Shown: positions 29,421 to 46,469, counted from the first letter of the stretch. The stretch: 64,000 nucleotides of DNA from Chrysomallon squamiferum (GCA_012295275.1 CM022676.1:8742001-8806000); one strand, 5' to 3'. Notes: generated from the letters alone by a model not told the origin. Made by a program: numbers and translations.

Positions 29421-29521
29421 GTAATAATAATAGTAATAACAATAATAATAATAACAGTAATAATCATAATAATTATAATAATAATAACAGTAATAATAAC
29501 AACAACAACAACAACAACAAC

Positions 29522-29572
<51 letters not shown>

Positions 29573-29644
29573 TATTAAAAACAGAAAAAAAATTAAATGA
29601 TAAATCAACTAATAGTAATAAATAATACGGGAATAAAATAATAA

Positions 29645-29675
<31 letters not shown>

Positions 29676-30490
29676 CTGACATCTTTCCTAGCACGGTCTC
29701 ACATAACACACAAAAGAGCAACATCAACAACACAATGCCCACAACGCCCGTGTCGTATCGAGTTTTGCAATTTGTCTTTTGTTCAAGCTTGCGTAATGCA
29801 GAAAATGTAATTTGAGATCGATGCGTAATTTATATTACATCTCGCATTTCGTGCAGTGCCCGCAACGCTGACGTTGTACTGGCAACTGCACAACTGTGGC
29901 GGTTTCTTTAACAACGGAAACATCAATTATACGGAAATTGTCGAACACTGACGAAAAGAAATTAATTTTGTTTTTCTGCCTTTGCGCACGCGACAGCGGT
30001 GAGGTAACAGAAATGGAGAATTTATTTCCAGTTTCACATAAAAATGTATTTATTAATTTGATTTGTGACTGTTGTTACGTCTGTGCGTGCGTCATAGCTG
30101 CTACTGTTGCGGTCGTATGGTGTGCGGTATATTTATTACGTAATAAAATGTACAGTCAGTTTTGTTAAATGTATTTTATATTCATAACTCTTAGTATTGC
30201 TACTAGTATTACTGCCACTGTTGATAGCGCTGCTGGTGACAAAACAACAACAACTACTACTACAACAGCTACACTATTACTACTGCGGTCTGTTACTAAC
30301 AGTAATACTGTAACTAGCGCTGCTGGTGGTACAACAACAAGTTGACAACAACAACAACAACTATTACTATTTCAGTTACCAACATTGCTGTAACTGCTAC
30401 AACTAAAATATTACAGTTTATAATACTATCATCACGAATGTTCATGTCTACAGAATGTTATAATTGTTTATTTCCTATGTAAGTTAAAAT

Positions 30491-30581
<91 letters not shown>

Positions 30582-30675
30582 GCTGTCTTTCTGTATATTT
30601 CAAATAAGATTTCCTGAATATTTATGAATAAAGATTAAGTTTGAAGTTAATAAGAAATAAATGAGAACAAATGTC

Positions 30676-30754
<79 letters not shown>

Positions 30755-31315
30755 AAGAAAAACAAAAACCAAAAAAACAGAGAGGGAGCAAAAGAGATTG
30801 AAAGACAAAGTGAGACAGAGAAAGAAAGAAGAGAGAAATAGAAAAACTGACACAGAATGAGAAAGGAAAAAAAAAAATGGTATAAACAAAGAAGAAACAA
30901 AAATGAGAAAAAAAAAAAAAACTTGGAGGCCAAGCGATGCGTAACATCGGCTATAAAACTGGTTTCGTCTTGGTCCGATTCTCTTTAAGCTGATTGATTG
31001 GCATTAAATTCCTCCACTCATGAAACACGATACGAGGCTCATCTGTTACACCGAGGCCAGCCAATCGATGCGCAGGTTATAAAAAGCAGTTGGAAAGTTC
31101 TCGAAGCATACGATTACAAAAGTCATTATGCGATAAAAAAAAAAAAAAAAAAAAAAAAAACTTCGATATCACGTTTTAGCATGTGACACGATCTAAACGA
31201 GACAGATATGTTTTTACTTCCTGATTATTGTTTTGTTCTGATGATTCAAAGGACGGTTTTTAATGCAATACTTTATTCAATCAGGGCTTTTGTATTCATT
31301 CTCGGAGTTTCTGTT

Positions 31316-31361
<46 letters not shown>

Positions 31362-31415
31362 TTTTTTTTTTTCGCTCTCTTGAAATATGAATGCATAATA
31401 CTTTAAAATAACGTT

Positions 31416-31471
<56 letters not shown>

Positions 31472-32644
31472 CACACACACACACACACACAACAAGAATC
31501 ATATTTTGTATTAATGTCTTTTTACATGAACAGTTTTTAATATAATCACTTTCATAAACATATTCAACAAAAGTCATCGTATATATTTAAGTGTGACATT
31601 TTCTCACCTGTACGCGGTTCTGTCTTTAATCTTACGGTTTGGGGCCCATGCAATAATTGCTGTCAATATATTATTATTATTATTATTACTGAGTATAATA
31701 TATAATTTCTTTATTTACTTGTTTTTTCTTCTTCCTTTTTTTCCCCCTTCTGACCAGCGATATAACTAAATATGCAGACACTCAAAGGTCTACTTACAGT
31801 CGTAAAATATATTTAATCGAATGAATCTAAATACTGATAAAACAGTTAGTCATGAAACAATTATACTTTGGTGACCGTGATACATACTCTACTGGGCTAT
31901 CGGTCTTTTAAATTTTCTTATAAATATATATATATATATAAAAATACAAAATATAAAACAGTAACAAAAAATAAAACGCATCACAGCCCGTTTTTTTAGA
32001 AACTGTTTTTTTACGTCAACAGTAACTGAGCAAACGGCTCGAATAAAATAACGTTTCACCGCACTCAAAAGGTCAAGCACTTAACGTACATTTTAGCCGT
32101 CGCATTTATTATTCATATTAAATCTTTTACACGTGTTATTACAACGTTTTCAAGCGGTATTATTTACCATAGAGGACTTTTTTTCAAAGTAGCGCTCGTT
32201 TCTGTCAATCAATCACCGACAACAAGACAGAAATCATTCCAACATGGCGTCAACTTGCACTCTCCGGTTGTCATGTGTCGTACAGTTCCTCCCTGTCGTG
32301 TGCGCTCCGCGTTTTCTCAACGCGATCTCTGGAAGAACAATAATAAAAATAAAAAAAAAAGCGTGGGAATGAGAGAAGACAAGTGCTGGGTGTTATGAAA
32401 TATTGATTATTTGTCAATTCAGGAATAATACATAATTGATATCTGATGATTATTATTTTTTCTCCCTTTGTATCCCACGGCGCGTGCATTTCGCGTGAGT
32501 CGCGTGTGCTCTGTGAGGTTTCTCTCACTTGTTTAAGATTAATTTAAGCATCTTATTTTCTGAACCTTGATCGTAGATTTCGAAACTTTCCGCTTTAGGC
32601 AGAATGTTAAACCTGAGGTTGTCAATATCAACAGTTAGACGACA

Positions 32645-33215
32645 ACAACTACTACTACTACAATTACCACCATCATCATATTTACCTCTGTAACTAAACT
32701 ACTATAACTGCTGCTGCTGCTACTACTACTACAACTACTACTACTGTCACTAGTGCTTACTGCTATTACTACTTCTACCACTATTACTACAAGAACTACT
32801 ACTACTGCTGTTAATCTTAATACTGCTACCATTACTAATACAACTACCCAACTACTGCTATTGCTACTACTTCTGCTACTACTATCACTACTACTATTAC
32901 TACTACTACTACTACTACTATTACCAGTGCTGTACATATTGCTGCTACTAGCTGAGTAATAGTAATAGTAATAGTACAACTAGTAGTAATAGTAGTAATA
33001 GTGATAGTAGTAGCAATAGTAGAAATAGCTGTAGTAGTGGTAACAGTAGCAGTAACAGTAAAAACAGTTGTAGTAGTAGTAATAGTAGGGATAGTAGTAG
33101 TAGTAATAACAGTACTGGTAGCTGCAGTTGTAGTAGTAGTAGTAATACCGGTAATGCAAGTAGTAACAGCAATAGCAGCAGAGGAAACAGAAATAGTAAT
33201 ATTAGTAGCTGTTGT
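32645..33215. repeat. Degenerate (ACT)n tract followed directly by a complementary (AGT)n tract
   Basis: The strand polarity flips at ~32950. Confidence 0.9.
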
Positions 33216-33518
33216 TATTGTAAACCGCGTGAATAAGAAGTAAACATATGAAAAACTGAGACTTTTTTTTTTTTTTTTTTTTTTTTACATAGACGCGATT
33301 TCCCTGGAGGTTCCTGCACTTTTAACTAAAACATCTGCCCTGCTGAATAAATATAACTAAAATCTCCTCAGTCAATATTAATGAAAGTTCTAAAAGAAAT
33401 CAAGATCGACTTTTACGTTTTAATTATTTACGAATTTCGATTACGACAAACAGGAAAAGCGTGAGAAACATGATGACGAAGAAAACGAAGACGAAGAAAG
33501 AGAAAGAAGTAACAGATG

Positions 33519-33551
<33 letters not shown>

Positions 33552-33617
33552 CGATGTGGAAGAAAGAAATAATTAGACATAATTCTGAAATGTTGTTTAA
33601 TTTCATTGTGAGTTTCC

Positions 33618-33726
<109 letters not shown>

Positions 33727-34305
33727 TTATTATTATTAATAGTATGTTTATAGATGATAAACAAAAACACAGTTTATTTCTAATCTCTTTTGTTGTTTTT
33801 TTTTTTTTTTTAATCCCCAGGAAATGTCAAATATTCTGCTTCCTAGAATACGTGTTTTCTAAATAAGACGATAAATCGCAAACTAACAGAAAATATTAGC
33901 TGAGATTAATCGTACGTCAGTTTTTAAATATATCACTTAAAATGTGAGTATCTCAGGCACCAGTGAAAACAGAAATAAAAAACAACAAAAAATAACAAAA
34001 TTATAAAGTTAAACAGTTATATTTATAAACGCTCTTACACTGTGTGCAAAGATTCTGATTTCTGAAGTTTCAAAACAGTAAGAGATATAAATTTACCAAA
34101 ACATAGAAAGTGAAACAGAACAAAGAAACAAACAGCCGATACATGCATACATACATACATACATACATACATACATACATACATACATACTACATACATA
34201 CATACATACTACATACATACACACACACATACATACATACATAAATGAACGAATGAAGGAAGGGAGGAAGGAAGGAAGGAATAAATATAAACTTATAACA
34301 ACATT

Positions 34306-34347
<42 letters not shown>

Positions 34348-35099
34348 GCGATAGCAGTAACCGTAATAGTAATAGCAATAGTAGCAACAGCAGCAATAAT
34401 AGTATTAGTAGTTGTTGTAGTAGTAGTTGTAGTAGTAGTAGTTGTAGTAGTAGTGTTGTGGAAGTAGTAGTTGTGGGAGTAGTAGTAGTTGTAGTAGTGG
34501 TTGTAGTAGTAGTAGTAGATATTGTCTCACTTGGTTCGTTTCTGATTTACTTGTTTGTTTTTGTTTTGGTTTCGTATTTTCTTTTCTTTCTTTTTTTTTT
34601 TCAATTTTGTTTTCTCTATTTTTGAATTTAAATTTTTAATTCTCTAATTTTTATTACTTTTTAGAACATTTTTTTATCCATTACAGATAGGAAATTAATC
34701 TAATTACGTGTAAAGCAGACAGATTCTATTGGGATAGAACAGCAAGGTAATAAAATATTAACTAGATAAACAAATAAATGTAATCTCTCTGAACAAAAGA
34801 TAAAAGATGCTTCTGGCGAGAATAGAGCGATACATCTCAAATATTTCCGCTGGTTTTGTTTCGCAATTTAAAACTTTTACAGTTTAATTTCAACTTGCGT
34901 CGTAATTCACGTATCGGCTGCTTACTTGTAAAACTCTATTCAAATGCAGAATTTCAAAATTTTAAAATTTTATAATTTAATAAAAGAATGTTAAAATACA
35001 TGATTAGGTGTGTGTTTAACAGGCAGGTTTGTTTTCATGCAGTGATATCTGAATTACAGCACGCCAGTGAAGTCTGTATTGCACAGAATGTTAAAAGTT

Positions 35100-35201
<102 letters not shown>

Positions 35202-35330
35202 CTATCTATCTATCTATCTATCTATCGATCAGATCGTTCTCGCTACCATAGATCTTCAATGAGCCTGTCTCCAAATGATATATCAACAGGCACTAAATAC
35301 ATACACACCCACCCACAAGTGAGTGAGTGA

Positions 35331-35406
<76 letters not shown>

Positions 35407-36182
35407 CTTTCAGCAAACTAAAGTTTGTACTGTCATTAATCTTTATTTAACTTCTGTTACTCAAACTTTTATTATTCCATTTTTCCTCATCTTTTTTTTT
35501 CAAATTCCCCCCATGCAGTGAGTGTTTACGTAAAACTTTTAAATTTTATAAGTTTGTTCAACCACAGCGTCGTGTCATCTTGCTCTTTCAAATGAAGTTT
35601 ACGTAATCCCAAAATGATGACATTTGAGTCGCGTACATTTTACAGATCTATACACTGCCTATCGGACACATTTACCGTACCTGAATTGTGAAAACCAAAC
35701 GACGCAGTTTCTTGAAATAAAAACATTTAAAATCACTTAACGTTTGCAGATTAACCTGCTAAAACGTGCATGTTTTGCAGAAATATTTCGTATTAGCGAC
35801 GAGTCTTCTTAATTTCAGCCATTAATATAGATTTTTCACAGAATTATACTCTAAAAGGGTCGGAAGACGGCCATTGGAAAAAACCGTATCGATTTGCCGT
35901 AGTTTACGCTAGTCGGGTTAATCGGAAGCTCAGGACGGCCTAACCCCCGGCCTGTGTCACAATGAACCGTTTATCACCACCAAATCGTATGCATTATCAA
36001 AACAGCCATAAATAAAATAAAATAAAAAATAAAAGAAAATAAAAAGAAAATAAAAAAAAAAAAGAAAAAAAAAAACCCATTGCGTTATTCTTTTAGATAT
36101 TTAAATTTAAATTTAAAAAGAAAAAAAACAACAAATTTATCATTATTAACTTTTGCTTTATAATTTATTTTTCAGTTAATAA

Positions 36183-36260
<78 letters not shown>

Positions 36261-36829
36261 CAAAAAATAAAGAAAAATAACATAAAATAAAATAAAATAA
36301 AATAAAATAAAGAAAACATAACGAATATTTTATCGATTACATTTCAAAAGTTGATGAGAAAGAGAGAATTGCAAATACATTTTATTCTCGTAAAATTTAA
36401 AGATGCTGAGAATATTGATAAAATACTAATAAAGAATACATTTTAGTGCAGAGAGGTCAACAATCAATTTGACACGCTTGTTACAACCGAATGGTTCCAA
36501 TTTCGAATGACAAAATCGGATCTAGCCAAAAACCTGTACTGTATGAATTCTTGACCCAACGATGATGACATTGGCGCTTCAGTTAATATTAGCTGTGACC
36601 GTTTTCAATGTTAAAACATTAGGTCTTTTCTGTAGGTCTGTATGTATGTTTGTCAGTATGTAGGTATGTCTGTCTCTGTATTTATGTATCTGAATGTATT
36701 GTTTACAATGTGTTGAGTTATAATTTTTTTCAAAATGATCGTGGTTACAATCACTGAAACAGTCATCTGCGTCATCATCATAGCATTGTGATAATGTAAG
36801 TTCTGACGTCAACATTAACATTATCACAA

Positions 36830-37583
<754 letters not shown>

Positions 37584-38379
37584 ATCTCTCCGTTTCTCTC
37601 TCTTTCACTCATTCTGTCTTTCGCTGTCTTTATCTGCTATCTGTTGTCTCTCTGCCTGTCTGTCTCTCTTTTTATCTCTTTCTCATTCTCTCCGCTCTCT
37701 GGTATCTGTCTATCTATACGTCTGTCTGATTGTCTGTCTGTCTGTCTATCTCTCACACATTTTTTTTTTTTTTTTAATTTATTTTTTTTTTCTCTCTATA
37801 AATGTTGATTTTTATTCTCAGTCTCTTTTTGAACGTTTTTCTTTTTTGCAGGCCTTTAATTTCAAACCCTCTTGTTGTTCACTTCCAAGCCTTTGAGAAT
37901 AATTTACGAGTCTCATTTGTTGAAAACACACAACCATTTATCCCCAGAACGACGGGGACAAACAACGGTCTTATTTCTCACCATGTTGCTACAAATTAAA
38001 CACTAAACCAATTTCACAAATCTCATCTAACACGTAATTGTTTCTCTTTTTTTTTATTCTTTTTTTTTTTTTTTTCTCTCTCTTTTTTTTTTTTATTTTT
38101 AACAAATCAGACTTCGTCCACACACACAGATTCAAGTTCACGGTCGACAAACGAGTATCATTTCATTCTTCTCGTTCTTCTGTCAGGCGAAAAGGTTCCG
38201 CGCCACACAGTGCTAAAAAGAATGACCTTATTGTTTGATAAATTAATTAAGAAAGCTGGTGACAGACGTATTTTCCAATAACGAGAATTTCTCGCCTTAC
38301 GAATCATTATTTAATTGTGATAACCAGCTTATAGCAAAAAAAATTATAAAAAAAATAAAAAAAAAAAGAAAGAAAGAAA

Positions 38380-38600
38380 GAAAACCAATCGTCTTTCCGT
38401 CATCGTCATTCCGGTTAGCAGTTTAGGGCCCCGAGAAATGATCTCATCTGCGCATGCGCGAAGCAACCGGGGGATTAAAAGTAATCCTCGTGCGGCTTTT
38501 TCCGCTAGCACCAGTCTATTTTCATCGAGTCGAGCTAATACCGCTGCCGTCTTAAGAAAAACGTTCGATGATCGGTTGATTATGTTTCAGAACTGACAGC
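38380..38600. promoter_or_regulatory. CpG-rich island with an NRF1-type palindrome
   Basis: TGCGCATGCGCG at 38449-38460 within GC-rich unique sequence. Confidence 0.4.
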
Positions 38601-39054
38601 GTGTAAGACAAGAACAAATTATTAATTTTTATAATGCAGAAAAGAAGAAGCAGAAGAAGAAGACGAGTAATAATGATGATGATGCGCAGATACAGGGTTC
38701 AAGAAATGGACGTGTGGAAATTGGAAAGTGTTTCTGAACAAGATAAAACTTAAAACTTAAATTCAATGTAGAACGCAGTAGCAACACTACTTTTATTACT
38801 GTTAGTACTATCACTACAACAACAACAACAACAGCTACTACTACTACTATTACTACTGTTACCACTACTACTACTACTACTGACACTACTACTACTACTA
38901 CTGCTGCTGCTACTACAATTACTACTACTATGACTAATAATAAGAACAACAACAGTAACAATAACAGAGAGAATGACAGACAGACTGAAAGACAGGAAAG
39001 GTACTAAAACAGACATTCAAAGAGAACGAGAGAGAGGGAGAGAGACAGACAGAC

Positions 39055-39119
<65 letters not shown>

Positions 39120-39178
39120 GACAGAGAGAGACAGTTAGAGAGACAGACAGACAGACAGAGAGACAGAAAAAGAGAGAA

Positions 39179-39250
39179 ACTTGAGAGAGAGAGAGATGAT
39201 TATGTTATTATAATTATAAAATGTATTTATTTTCTACTAAGCCTTATTTA

Positions 39251-39256
<6 letters not shown>
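39179..39256. repeat. Fourth copy of the ~58-bp GA/GACA-embedded module
   Basis: ACTTGAGAGAGAGAGAGATGATTATGTTATTATAATTATAAAATGTATTTATTTTCTACTAAGCCTTATTTATAATGA matches the 21.1-21.5 kb copies, including the ACTT(GA)n lead-in seen at 21428. Confidence 0.88.
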
Positions 39257-39335
<79 letters not shown>

Positions 39336-40246
39336 ACAGACAGAGAGACAGAGAGACAGACAGACAGAGAAAAAGAGAGCCAGATCGAGAGAGTACATCT
39401 GGGTTGACTGTTTTCACTCAAGTAATAACATTACTTCCAGCACTTTTTTTCCAACTCTCTCTCTCTTCTTGTTTTTCTCTTTCACTTGATTACATGACAC
39501 CGCACAGATGACGTTTGTAATTATCTGTATTTGCTATTAAGTTATCGGCTTGCACCCTTGGGTATTTTACTGGTAACAAGACCGCTGGATTCTACGACCA
39601 ATAAAATTACGTCAAAAAAAACAATGACCGATGACGTAATATACATTAACGGTAACTTTTATGGTTACACACTCCGTAACGTTCGTCAAGGGAAGCATTG
39701 TCATTTGATCTTGTGATGGTGTTTAGAAGTAGCGTTTGCATAAATCGACAAACATGTGATTTCTATTATTCGGAGATATTTGCGGGTTGTTTTATTTTTT
39801 CTTCTTCTCTTTTTTTGTTTGTTTCTAAAACGCTTTCATCGCAAGCGACGTCTTCGTTAATTCAAATGCATTACCCTAATTTGTTAATTTCGCTGCATTA
39901 AACGAGATGATTTCTAAATTGAAGAGAAAAATACACGCTGATTAAAACGTTATGTAGAAAATAGTGATTTGCTTGGAAGATAAATCGATTTTTGATACAC
40001 GAAGCAGATATTTGAAATCAGTAAATGGTGTATTATGCTTTGTTCGTGTTAAACACTGCTTTTTAGCATTACGTCGTGTTACGTTTTATTTTCCGTGGTA
40101 ATTTGCAACATGCAGTCATTAACCTTTCGGCAATTTACTTACATTAGTGCATGGAGATTGCATTTAGATAAACAAGATTAAGTATGTATGGTTTTCATGC
40201 ATGTGATTTTGAAAAAGAGAGGAACAATAATGTGGTGTATTAGAGA

Positions 40247-40740
<494 letters not shown>

Positions 40741-41329
40741 AGAAAGAAAGAGGCAGAGACAAAGTGAAAGAATGTGAGACAGATAGACAGACAGACAGAG
40801 AGAGAGAGAAAGAAAAAGGCATTGAGACAAAGACAATGTGTCTACATAGTGTATATGTATGCAAGTCAGAAAAAATACAATGATATAGAAGATGATTGAT
40901 GATGATGATGACGATGATGATTAAATTAACTATTGTTATTTTAACAAAAACTATTTAGTATCGTTTATTATTATTATATCGCTTTCATTTCTTTAAAAAT
41001 AATAACAATAATTCATTTCATTCTTTTCTGTCCTGTTTATGTGAGTCATTTCGCTCATAGCCCTAAAGAAATAATAAAAAAATGTCTTTCTTTCCATTAA
41101 TTTCATTTTTTTGTTTTTGTTTAAAAACAATAATTCGTGGTTAGCATGATGTTGTATACTTTGTCAACTTGCAAATTTGATGAATGGGATTTCCCTGAAC
41201 AGCAGTAAAAAAAAAAATATATAAAAAATAATAAATAAATAAAAATAAAACAAAATGATGGAAGAGAATCGGGGTAAAAAGTGGTATAAAAATTTAGTAC
41301 GAATACATTTGCTGTTACTTTACAACAAC

Positions 41330-41388
<59 letters not shown>

Positions 41389-42539
41389 AAGAAGAAGAAA
41401 AGGAAAAGGAGGAAAAAAGGGAAAAAGAAAATAAAATAAAATAAAATAAAATAAAATAAAAAATAAATAAATTATTTTAAGAAAATAAACATAAAAAACA
41501 AAATCATACTGTTGATACATAGGTTTGACCTAACAATAGATTTGGAGCTAAAGTATTTAATAACAGAAAATAACAATAATGATGATGATGATGATAATAA
41601 TAATAATAATAACAATAATAATAATACTAACAACAACAACAACAACAATAACAATAATAATAAACATACAAAATAAATAAATAAAATATAAAATAAAATC
41701 TTACTCTAAACTTTTAACCCGGGTTCCTAAAAACCTACGCAACCCCCCCAAAAAAAAAAACCCACAACAAAACCCTCCCAGGAAAAAAAAAAAAAATTAA
41801 AAAAAAGAAAAAATGGACAGTGCAACAAGGTTTAATCAGCTTCCCAGCTTTATGTATCGGATTTCGTCAGCCATGGATTCCCAGATCATAATTCCATGGA
41901 CACAGATAACACGTGGATTCTGGGGGAACTACTTTTTTTTTTTTTTTTTTTTTTTCTCTGTTTTTATCGGGTCCATTCAATCACCGTGCCCAACAGCAAT
42001 GAACACACACACACACACACACACACATCGGAGAAGCGCTTCTTTAGCGAGATAAAAGGATTTTTATTCAATTTGGAAACGTGATTAAGAACAACACTAC
42101 GAGTGAGTCGGCTGATCTCTGTGGCTGGTAACGTCACACCCGTCTCAGCCAATCAGAAGAGCGGAAAGCTTCTTCTTCTTCTTCTTCTTCTTCTTTTTTT
42201 TTAACTTTTTTTTAAATTGACGGTCCGTCGAGTTCCCGCTGACGGCCACATTGTCACCATGACAGAAGGTTTTTTTTTTTTTTTTTGCAAGTTGCCGATG
42301 ATATCACTCGCTTGGTTGGTTCAAGATTTAATACAAAACCGTTGTAGCGAATTTATTTTAAATTTTTTTTTCTATTATTATTATTATTATTTTTTTTGTT
42401 TGATGGAAATAGTAAATGGTTGTTTAAAGTTGCACTGTAAATAATAGGATTTGTCACTGTACTGGTTAAATATTATATTAATGTTTAGAGTTAAGAAAAA
42501 GAAGAAAAAGATCGATATACTATAAATAAGAAACGTAAT

Positions 42540-42617
42540 ACATACATATTATACGTCAATTCATAAAAACATACGCATACATACATACACACATACATAC
42601 ATATATACATACATACA

Positions 42618-42651
<34 letters not shown>

Positions 42652-42728
42652 CATACATTCATACATACATACATATATATTCAGACATACATATATGCAT
42701 ATACACCTAAACATACACACATACATAA
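42540..42728. repeat. (ACAT)n tetranucleotide tract
   Basis: Directly visible. A similar tract lies at ~34140-34245. Confidence 0.92.
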
Positions 42729-43019
42729 AACCAATGCATCAACAGTTATGATAATAATGATAATAATAATAATAAGAAGAAGAAGAAGAAGAAGACGACA
42801 AAGAAATCAACCAGACACGAAAGCATCACCAGCAGCGACAACACTAATTATTTTTGAATTATTTTAGAAACGTCATCATCATCACGAACACCACCACAAC
42901 TACATCAACATCATTATTAACATCGTTACAACTTCTATTTTCAATTTTATTTTTGTTTTCAGCATTGTTGTTTTTTTGTTTGTTTGTGTTAAGCGGTTGT
43001 AAGGCAAAATATATATTAT

Positions 43020-43445
43020 GATTATTTTATATCTTATTACGAAATGTTACATATCATTTATTATGTTATCTTTTGTTAGGATTTTATGTTATATTATGAT
43101 ATGTTATGTATGCTATGCTATATTTCGTTGTGTTGCATTATTTAATGTGATGTGTTATGTTGTGTAGTGTTTATGTTATGTTGTACCTTGTTTTGCTATG
43201 CCGTTTTGTTTTTTAGTAATACTGTGTTGTTGTGTTATGTTTTATTATGTTATGTTATATTATAATGTGTTGTGCTGACTTATATTTTGTTGTGTTATGT
43301 CGATGTTACGTTGCGTTACGTTAAATTACGTTAAGTAATGTTAAGCTATATTGTATAATAGTGTTATGTTACGATATGTTATTTACTGTTACGTTACTTG
43401 ATGTAATGTTATATTCTGTAATATTGTTACGTTACTGTTATTGTT
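43020..43445. repeat. Degenerate pentanucleotide (TATGT/TGTGT/TACGT)n tract
   Basis: 5-bp periodicity is retained despite divergence. The complementary (ATAAC)n occurs at ~11630-11690. Confidence 0.8.
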
Positions 43446-43719
43446 ATTCTTCTTACTGTTTATTTTACTGTTTCTTTTATTGTTGATATTTTATCTTTTT
43501 CTTCTTGTCCTTACCACCATTAGTGTTGTTGTTTTTAATTACAGTTACTGTCCTTTTTTTCTTCTTATTATATTTTTACTATTATATTTCCATTAAATAC
43601 AATTTAGAACATCAAAACATAAATCCTAAACTAAAAATCTCAAATATTAACAAAATATCCTTATTTATTTTCTTGTAGAAAAAAAACAAAAACAAAAACA
43701 AAAACAAAACAAATGTGGA

Positions 43720-44105
43720 ATGAGACCTTCCTTTCGCGCATGTCAGAGCCGCCGTAAGCAACAGATTCTTAAAGGTCACGCAGCAGTATCTGTCATAATT
43801 AGTTTGTTTTACCAAATTTTCTCCCGTAAAAGCCTAGTGGACCGAATGAACGCCAGCCGCCATGTTGAATCTTGAGAAGCCCTGACTCGACTCTTACAAT
43901 CAAATTTTCCATCGACCAAGCGTAACAAGTTTTATAGGGGCCATAAAAGTTGTTGTAAGCTGTCGATTCAGGGCTCGGATGCGCCATTAATACCAGGACG
44001 TGACATCAGAAGCACGACAGGACCGGGCAGAATGCCATACATCACAGGAGTGGTTGAAAAAAAAAACACGCCATTTATTGCTTGAAAACAATGGCGTCCA
44101 GTATT
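43720..44105. promoter_or_regulatory. CpG-rich island with YY1-type motifs and an inverted TTTTAT/CCATAAAA pair
   Basis: GCCGCCATGTTG at 43856-43867, CGCCATTTT at ~44069, AATGGCG at ~44090, and the imperfect palindrome ACAAGTTTTATAGGGGCCATAAAAGTTGT at ~43925-43953. Confidence 0.4.
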
Positions 44106-44896
44106 TGATGACTTTATAGTGATCGTATTTTCAGTTTAGTGTTGTTTTATTAATATTGGTTTGATTTCTGTTCTCTTTTATTAATGTTATTTCGTTGGGG
44201 GGATTTTTTTTTTTTTTTTTTGTTTGTTTTTCGTTTTATTTATTTATTTATTTATTTATTTTATTTTATTTTATTTTATTTTATTTTATTTTATTTTATT
44301 TTATTTTATTATATCATGTTATTTTCCTTTGAATTTATTTATTTATTTTATTTTATCGTATTTTTTTTTATTTTCCTCTGAATTTATTTGTGTTATATTA
44401 TATTATTTCTTTCTTTCTTTCTTTCTTAGTTACTTTCACTCTATTATTAATGCTGCAATTGCTATTCACAGTATTACTTTTACAATAACAACTGCTGCTG
44501 CTACAAAAACAGCTACTACAATTATTACTGCAACTTAATGGGCTACACCAACAACAACATCTGCATCTACTTCTACTACGATGATAAATCTACAGCTATT
44601 ACTACGACAAAGCGTATACTACTTTTTCTACTACTGCAGCTATTAATGCAACAACAACTACTACCATTTATAATAATAACAACAACTACTACAATAAGAA
44701 AAACAATAAGAACAAAAATAATAATTAAGAAGACATCGACGACAACGACACAAGAGTAACAACAACAACGAGAGTCCTACGGCTACTACTACTATTACTA
44801 CCACTGCTGCTGCTACTACTGCTACTAATTATATCAGAAAAACAAGAAGAGCAAAACCAACAACAACAGCAACAATACAACAACAACAACAACAAT

Positions 44897-44928
<32 letters not shown>

Positions 44929-45589
44929 ATAATAATAATAATGAAAAGAAGAAGACGAAAAAAAACAAGAAGAAGAGCAACAACAACAACAACAACAACA
45001 ACAACCACATTCTTATTATTAATTACAAATACACCACCATTCACCAAGAACCGCAAACCAGTAACAACAATAACAAATGAAGAAAAAAAACAACAAAAAA
45101 AAACAAAAACAAAAAACCAACAAAAACAAAAAACCAGAAAGAAAGAAAAAAAAAAAAAGACGACGACAGTAACAACAACATGATAGTAATAGAAACGAAA
45201 ACAATTACATCATGCACATTGTCGTGATGTCACTTTATCTCAAAGCGAGTTTCATTGTTGCGGGCTGATTGGCTTAATTGTAACAGGATGGTGCGATTTC
45301 GTTAGGGAGGAAATTACTGCATAATGGAAACAGAGAAACGTTGCCTTTGACTGCGAAAACATGGAAATGAAATAAAATTGTTTTATTTTTTTTTCTTTTT
45401 TTTAATTTTTTTTTGTACGTGGACGTAAGAACGGTTATTTTTTCTCACAGCAGCCTCGGTCACCTTAACTTACTGAAAGCTATTTGCAAGACGTGATGAT
45501 TTTATTCGTTGTTTTTCTGTCTGTCTGACTGTCTGTCTGTCTGTCTGTCTGTGTTTCCAGTTTTGGTTGTGTTATGAGTGAAGGTAGAT

Positions 45590-45800
45590 GCAGTAGTAGT
45601 GTTAGTTTTGGTTTTATTATTAGTAATACTAAAACAGTAGTAGTAGCAGTAGTAATAGTAGTAGTGATGGAGGTTGTAGTAGTAGTAGTAGTAGTAGTGG
45701 TAGTGGTAGTAACAGTGGTAGTAGTAGTAGTAGTGGTAGTAGTGGTAGTAGAGGTAGTAGTAGTAGTGGTAGTAGAGGTGGTAGTAGTAGTGGTAGTAGT

Positions 45801-45833
<33 letters not shown>

Positions 45834-45838
45834 TAGTG

Positions 45839-45884
<46 letters not shown>

Positions 45885-46009
45885 TGGTAGTGGTAGTGGT
45901 GGTGGTAGTGGTAGTAGTGGTGGTGGTAGTAGTAGTGGTAGTAGTAGTGGTAGTGGTGGTAGTAGTAGTAGTAGTGGTGGTAGTAGGGTTAGTAGTAGTG
46001 GTAGTAGTG

Positions 46010-46045
<36 letters not shown>

Positions 46046-46424
46046 TGGTAGTGGTAGTAATGATTTAATAGTTGTAGTAGTTGTAGTAGTAGTAGTATCA
46101 GTATTGGTAGTGGTGGTGGTGGTAGTGGTAGTAATGATTTAATAGTAGTTGTAGTATTGTATTGTTATTGTTATTATAACTACTGCACGACTACACTCTG
46201 TTGCTGCCATTTTACTACTACTACAAAAACAATGACAACTACTACTACTGTTAAAACTACTATTACTACTACTACAACTACTACTGTCACTATCACTATT
46301 ACTGTTACAACTATAACCACTACTACTATTACTACCACTGCTACTACTGCCTCTACTACTTCTACCACTATTGCTTCTTCTACTACTGCTACTACTGCTA
46401 CTACTACTACTACTACTACTAATA

Positions 46425-46469
<45 letters not shown>

